A stretch of DNA of 64,000 nt from an uncultured Methanoregulaceae archaeon (GTDB lineage: Archaea; Halobacteriota; Methanomicrobia; Methanomicrobiales; Methanospirillaceae), in assembly GCA_963701095.1 (NCBI GenBank), contig OY969564.1:896001-960000 (forward strand). The letters run 5' to 3'. Made by a program: the position numbers and the translations under genes. A model generated the notes under the pieces. That model was not told where the DNA came from. It ran no database searches and saw only the letters and a list, made by a program, of their open reading frames with translations. This document shows, in pieces, positions 60,591 through 64,000 of the stretch; position 1 is the stretch's first letter, and every line of letters starts with the position of its first letter.

Positions 60591-61940
60591 TTATGGTACT
60601 GCACTTTCCTGAACCCCGGCGGCATCACCGGCTTCCGGGATTCCGACCATATAGTAACGTTTGATAAATTCGCGCACTTTTTCCGATTCTATCCAGCCCA
60701 TATCAAGTTGTGTTACGATCCGATCAATTTCGCGGGCCTGCAGGATAATCTTATCAGTTACATCGCCGGGAGCAAGACTTGAAAGGCCCACAATCACGGC
60801 AAGAGGGTTCCTGATATGATCGCCAAGGATGGCAAACTGCTCGATATTCTTTTCTATCTGTTCAAGCGCCTCTCTTTTTACTGCTTCCATCTGTTTTCGG
60901 GCAGTGATATCAATAAACGAAGCCATAATGCAGACGGGAGCATTCATTTCATTTTTCACAAGATTAATCCAGAGCAGGACGTAAAACGGCGTCTGGTCGG
61001 CTTTGTGGAGAAGTATCTCCCCAAGCCAGCTCCCTTTGCGTTGAAGCGCCTCTTTAATCATTTCGGTTCTCTGATTGGATGCGACAAATTTCCAGAGATT
61101 TGAACCGTTGAATTCTTGTTCGTGATGGGATCCTGTCATCGACAGGAGAGAGTGATTGACATACGTAATGGTAAAATCGAGATCCATAATGGCAATTGCA
61201 TTAAGCGATGAGCTTATTGCGTAATCCCGTATGATAAGCGCTTCCTCAGCCTGTTTCCTTGCCGTAATATCAATTATCGTACAGACAAACTGGTCATCCG
61301 GGAGCATACCGGCCGAGAGTAAAACCCATCTGAACGTGCCGGTCTTTGTCACAAAACGGGTTTCAAGGTTTTCCACGTTACCCTGAGTGGCAAGGGTCTG
61401 AAAAAATTTTTCCCGGTCGGCTTCGTTAACCCAGAACCGGGTGAAAGATTGATCTGCAACTTCAGCGGGTTCGTAACCCAAGGTGCCGGCGAAACGCCGG
61501 TTTACTTCTTCGATAGTCCTGTCAGAACCATTTACAACGCCTATCCCGGCTTCAGAATGGTCAAATGTTCCGCGGTATTTTAACTCGTTCCTTCGCATAT
61601 GAATGGCAAGACTTGAAACAACGGCGGCAATCCCTATAACGACAAAACAGGTGAAAAAGGATGCCGCTACTTGGCCAAGATCCCCACCAGTGACTTCAGC
61701 AACGAGCCCGATATAGATAGCTGAAACTCCGGCTGCAAACCATACTCCCCAGCGGGGGTACCAATATGATGCAATAACGATGGGGATATAAAGGAGGTTT
61801 GCAGCAACGGCTGCCGTACCATAATGGAATGCGAGGATATTGATAAGAAGGGCGAGAATGGTGGTATTAACGATGATAAAAAGCCAAAGATCGACGAGAC
61901 TTTCTTCACGCTTCCCAAAAAGAGATTCTCGAACGTTCAT
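60591..61940 (-). CDS. Membrane sensor with two PAS domains and a HisKA-like tail lacking an ATPase domain
   Basis: About four TMs, two IDITARKQ PAC ends and GDHIRNPL. No N or G boxes. Confidence 0.82.
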   Translation of the reverse strand: MNVRESLFGKREESLVDLWLFIIVNTTILALLINILAFHYGTAAVAANLLYIPIVIASYWYPRWGVWFAAGVSAIYIGLVAEVTGGDLGQVAASFFTCFVVIGIAAVVSSLAIHMRRNELKYRGTFDHSEAGIGVVNGSDRTIEEVNRRFAGTLGYEPAEVADQSFTRFWVNEADREKFFQTLATQGNVENLETRFVTKTGTFRWVLLSAGMLPDDQFVCTIIDITARKQAEEALIIRDYAISSSLNAIAIMDLDFTITYVNHSLLSMTGSHHEQEFNGSNLWKFVASNQRTEMIKEALQRKGSWLGEILLHKADQTPFYVLLWINLVKNEMNAPVCIMASFIDITARKQMEAVKREALEQIEKNIEQFAILGDHIRNPLAVIVGLSSLAPGDVTDKIILQAREIDRIVTQLDMGWIESEKVREFIKRYYMVGIPEAGDAAGVQESAVP

Positions 61941-62225
61941 CAGCTCACACCATAGTTTGATACCATCGGTTGGAGTAACTCCAAGGAATACCCGGCTTTG
62001 TTTTTTCCGTCTATGTTTCTTTTTTGCACAAATGGATATTAATAATTTTTGGTTTTTTTATAGTTAAAGGCAAATAATAAGAGCACCATTTGGTCAGTGA
62101 ATGCCTAAACTATCGTATTTTTACATATCCCCGACAATTACGGGCGATATAGGTTATTGCACCGGTTCACAGAGCCGGATATTCAACGTTTGAAAAAAAT
62201 CCATACCTTGAAAAGATTTCCCTTT

Positions 62226-64000
62226 TCAGCCAAAGCCCCACTGGGCAAGTGTTGTATGTGAAGGATCAACATCCTTCCATGACCAGCCAAGAGCCTCGAT
62301 GATCCGGGAGATGGGTTGTTCTATGGACTTTTCAAGCATCAGTTCCCAGTCAGGTATGAACTCTTTTGGTACCTGATCAGCATACTCGAAACAGATCACA
62401 TCGGTTTTAGGATATTTTCCGGTTACCGTTTTTATGTAGATGCGTTTTGGCTTACTACCTTTGCCAAACTCTGTATGCAGGTACTTGTTGGCATATCGGG
62501 CTCCCCGTACCTGTGCATCATCAGTCTCATAATCGTCAAGAGACTTACCGATTCCTCCCGGAATACCGATTTCATCAAGAGAAAATTTTCCTGCGCGGTA
62601 CTGCGTTATTATATCACCAAGGAATGCTTTGATCTCTGAATAGTCTACGCCTGCAAGGATCATCTCCATTACTTTTGTCTGAACTATTTTGGTGATCTGA
62701 GGTGTATCACTCCGACGGATCTCAAAACCAACTACATCCATCTGGTCTGCATCTTTACCTTCTTTCCAGACAAGCCGCCCGGCATAACGTTTCTTTTTCC
62801 GGCCTGGAAAAATCGTGCATATATCTTTTCAAACTTGATCGAAAAGTAATGCGTCTCGGCGTTCAGCTCCCTTAAAGCAAAGTCCTTGTAACTTGCATTG
62901 AGCTGTTTTTCAAGTACACGTGCTATTTCAATGGTTTTTTCACGATCGAGTGGAGGTAGCTGGACCATACAGGAATCCGTATCGCCGTAGATCACCTTGT
63001 AGCCGTGCTGTTCGATAACCCGCCGTGTGTGCTCAATGATAGCTCGTCCAACGGACGTGACGGCAGCCCCAATCTCGCGATCAAAGAGCCTGAACCGGGT
63101 ATATCCCGAAACACCGTAATAGGTGTTCATGATCACCTTGAGCACATTCTGCTGCATATCGTACAGGATATACTGCGGTGAACCGTAGGGAAAGGAATTC
63201 CGGAGATTTTTTCTTGCATCACGCTCTTTTAAAAGTTCAGAAAGAATACTCCGGGTCAGTCCGTCAGGTAGTTTTCTGAACCGGATCCCGTTCGGTGCCT
63301 TGAGTTCCCCTTCGGGATCTTTTGTCTCTGGTGATGCGTTGATTGTCATCATTGCCATAGGATAGAGCGATTTGAGATCGAACACCACTACATTCTCCCG
63401 CACACCTTTGCTTGGTTCAAAGACTGTCGCACCTTCAAATTCCTCGGCATTTGCAAAACCCTTTGAAGGAAGGATATATTTCCCGTGAGCTTTTCGAAGG
63501 ATATAAACGTCAATTACGCTTGAAGAATTAAGGGTCTTATCCAGAGGGCAGCCAACATAACGGGCGATTTCCCGGTAAAAACCGACTATGTTATTTTTCT
63601 TATCAATGGCGACACAGAGTTCGACATCCTTAAAATTATATTCAACAAGGAGTGCAGGTTGTGTTTTCCAGAGATCGGAGACTGTGCCGGTGTACCGTAC
63701 TTTGATATCCTTGACCTCTTCCTCAGCTATCGCATCAAGACGGTAGGATTCTTTTAACGTCGAATGCATTTTCTTGTATCCGGTGAGGAGATCGAAAAGT
63801 GCCCTGCCGCGTAGTGCGTTCCGGTCGGTCATGCCCGGAAGACGAGCGAGCATAACCGGGGAGAGTCCCAGTTTCTCCATTCTTCCGGTAATATAAGGCA
63901 TATCGAAATCGACAAAATTCCATCCCGTGAGGATATCTGGATCGCGTTGTGCAAGATACGCCCCAAAAGCCCGGAGCATAGATACTTCATCGGCATACGT
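62226..64000 (-). CDS. polB: Family B DNA polymerase, 5'-truncated by the window edge (one indel near 62796)
   Basis: GWNFVDFD exonuclease II motif, DLKSLYP, KVIMNTYYG and YGDTDS. Restoring one A gives KKKRYAG. Confidence 0.95.

Noticed and set aside
1..64000. tRNA, rRNA or CRISPR loci
   Set aside because: None was recognised by eye in the intergenic regions. A covariance-model scan would be needed to exclude small RNAs.

Overview
Archaeal chromosomal DNA, most consistent with a Methanomicrobiales methanogen (Methanoregula-like). This is inferred from an archaeosortase-type AglB, a form III RuBisCO, an Sm-like protein, archaeal PolB, PKD surface proteins and many REC/PAS kinases. Left to right, the window holds: a heat-shock operon (short CDC48-N-like ORF, grpE, dnaK, dnaJ, clpB); an AT-rich block of surface proteins followed by aglB; a DtxR-FeoA/feoB/feoC iron operon with its operators; three tandem fructose-bisphosphate enzymes; an Sm and TFE-beta-like gene pair; a REC-PAS-PAS-diadenylate cyclase; sulfurtransferases; a pentameric ligand-gated ion channel downstream of a two-component pair; a complete IS256; an ADP-forming acyl-CoA ligase; uvrA, recQ, uvrC and uvrB interleaved with an encapsulin/ferritin-like pair, queC and RuBisCO; and polB running off the right end. 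About 13 genes are split by single-base indels, many in homopolymer runs and including polB, uvrA and rbcL. I read these as sequencing or assembly errors and annotate the genes as joined. I recognised no tRNA, rRNA or CRISPR array. Best novelty candidates: the sensory diadenylate cyclase and nearby pLGIC signalling cluster, an SBPase-like class I FBPase with an N-terminal Cys pair, a 47-aa half-barrel CDC48-N microprotein behind an HSR1-like operator, and a recurring GTTTCA-N5-TGAAAC operator. All family calls come from motif recognition by eye; no database searches were run.
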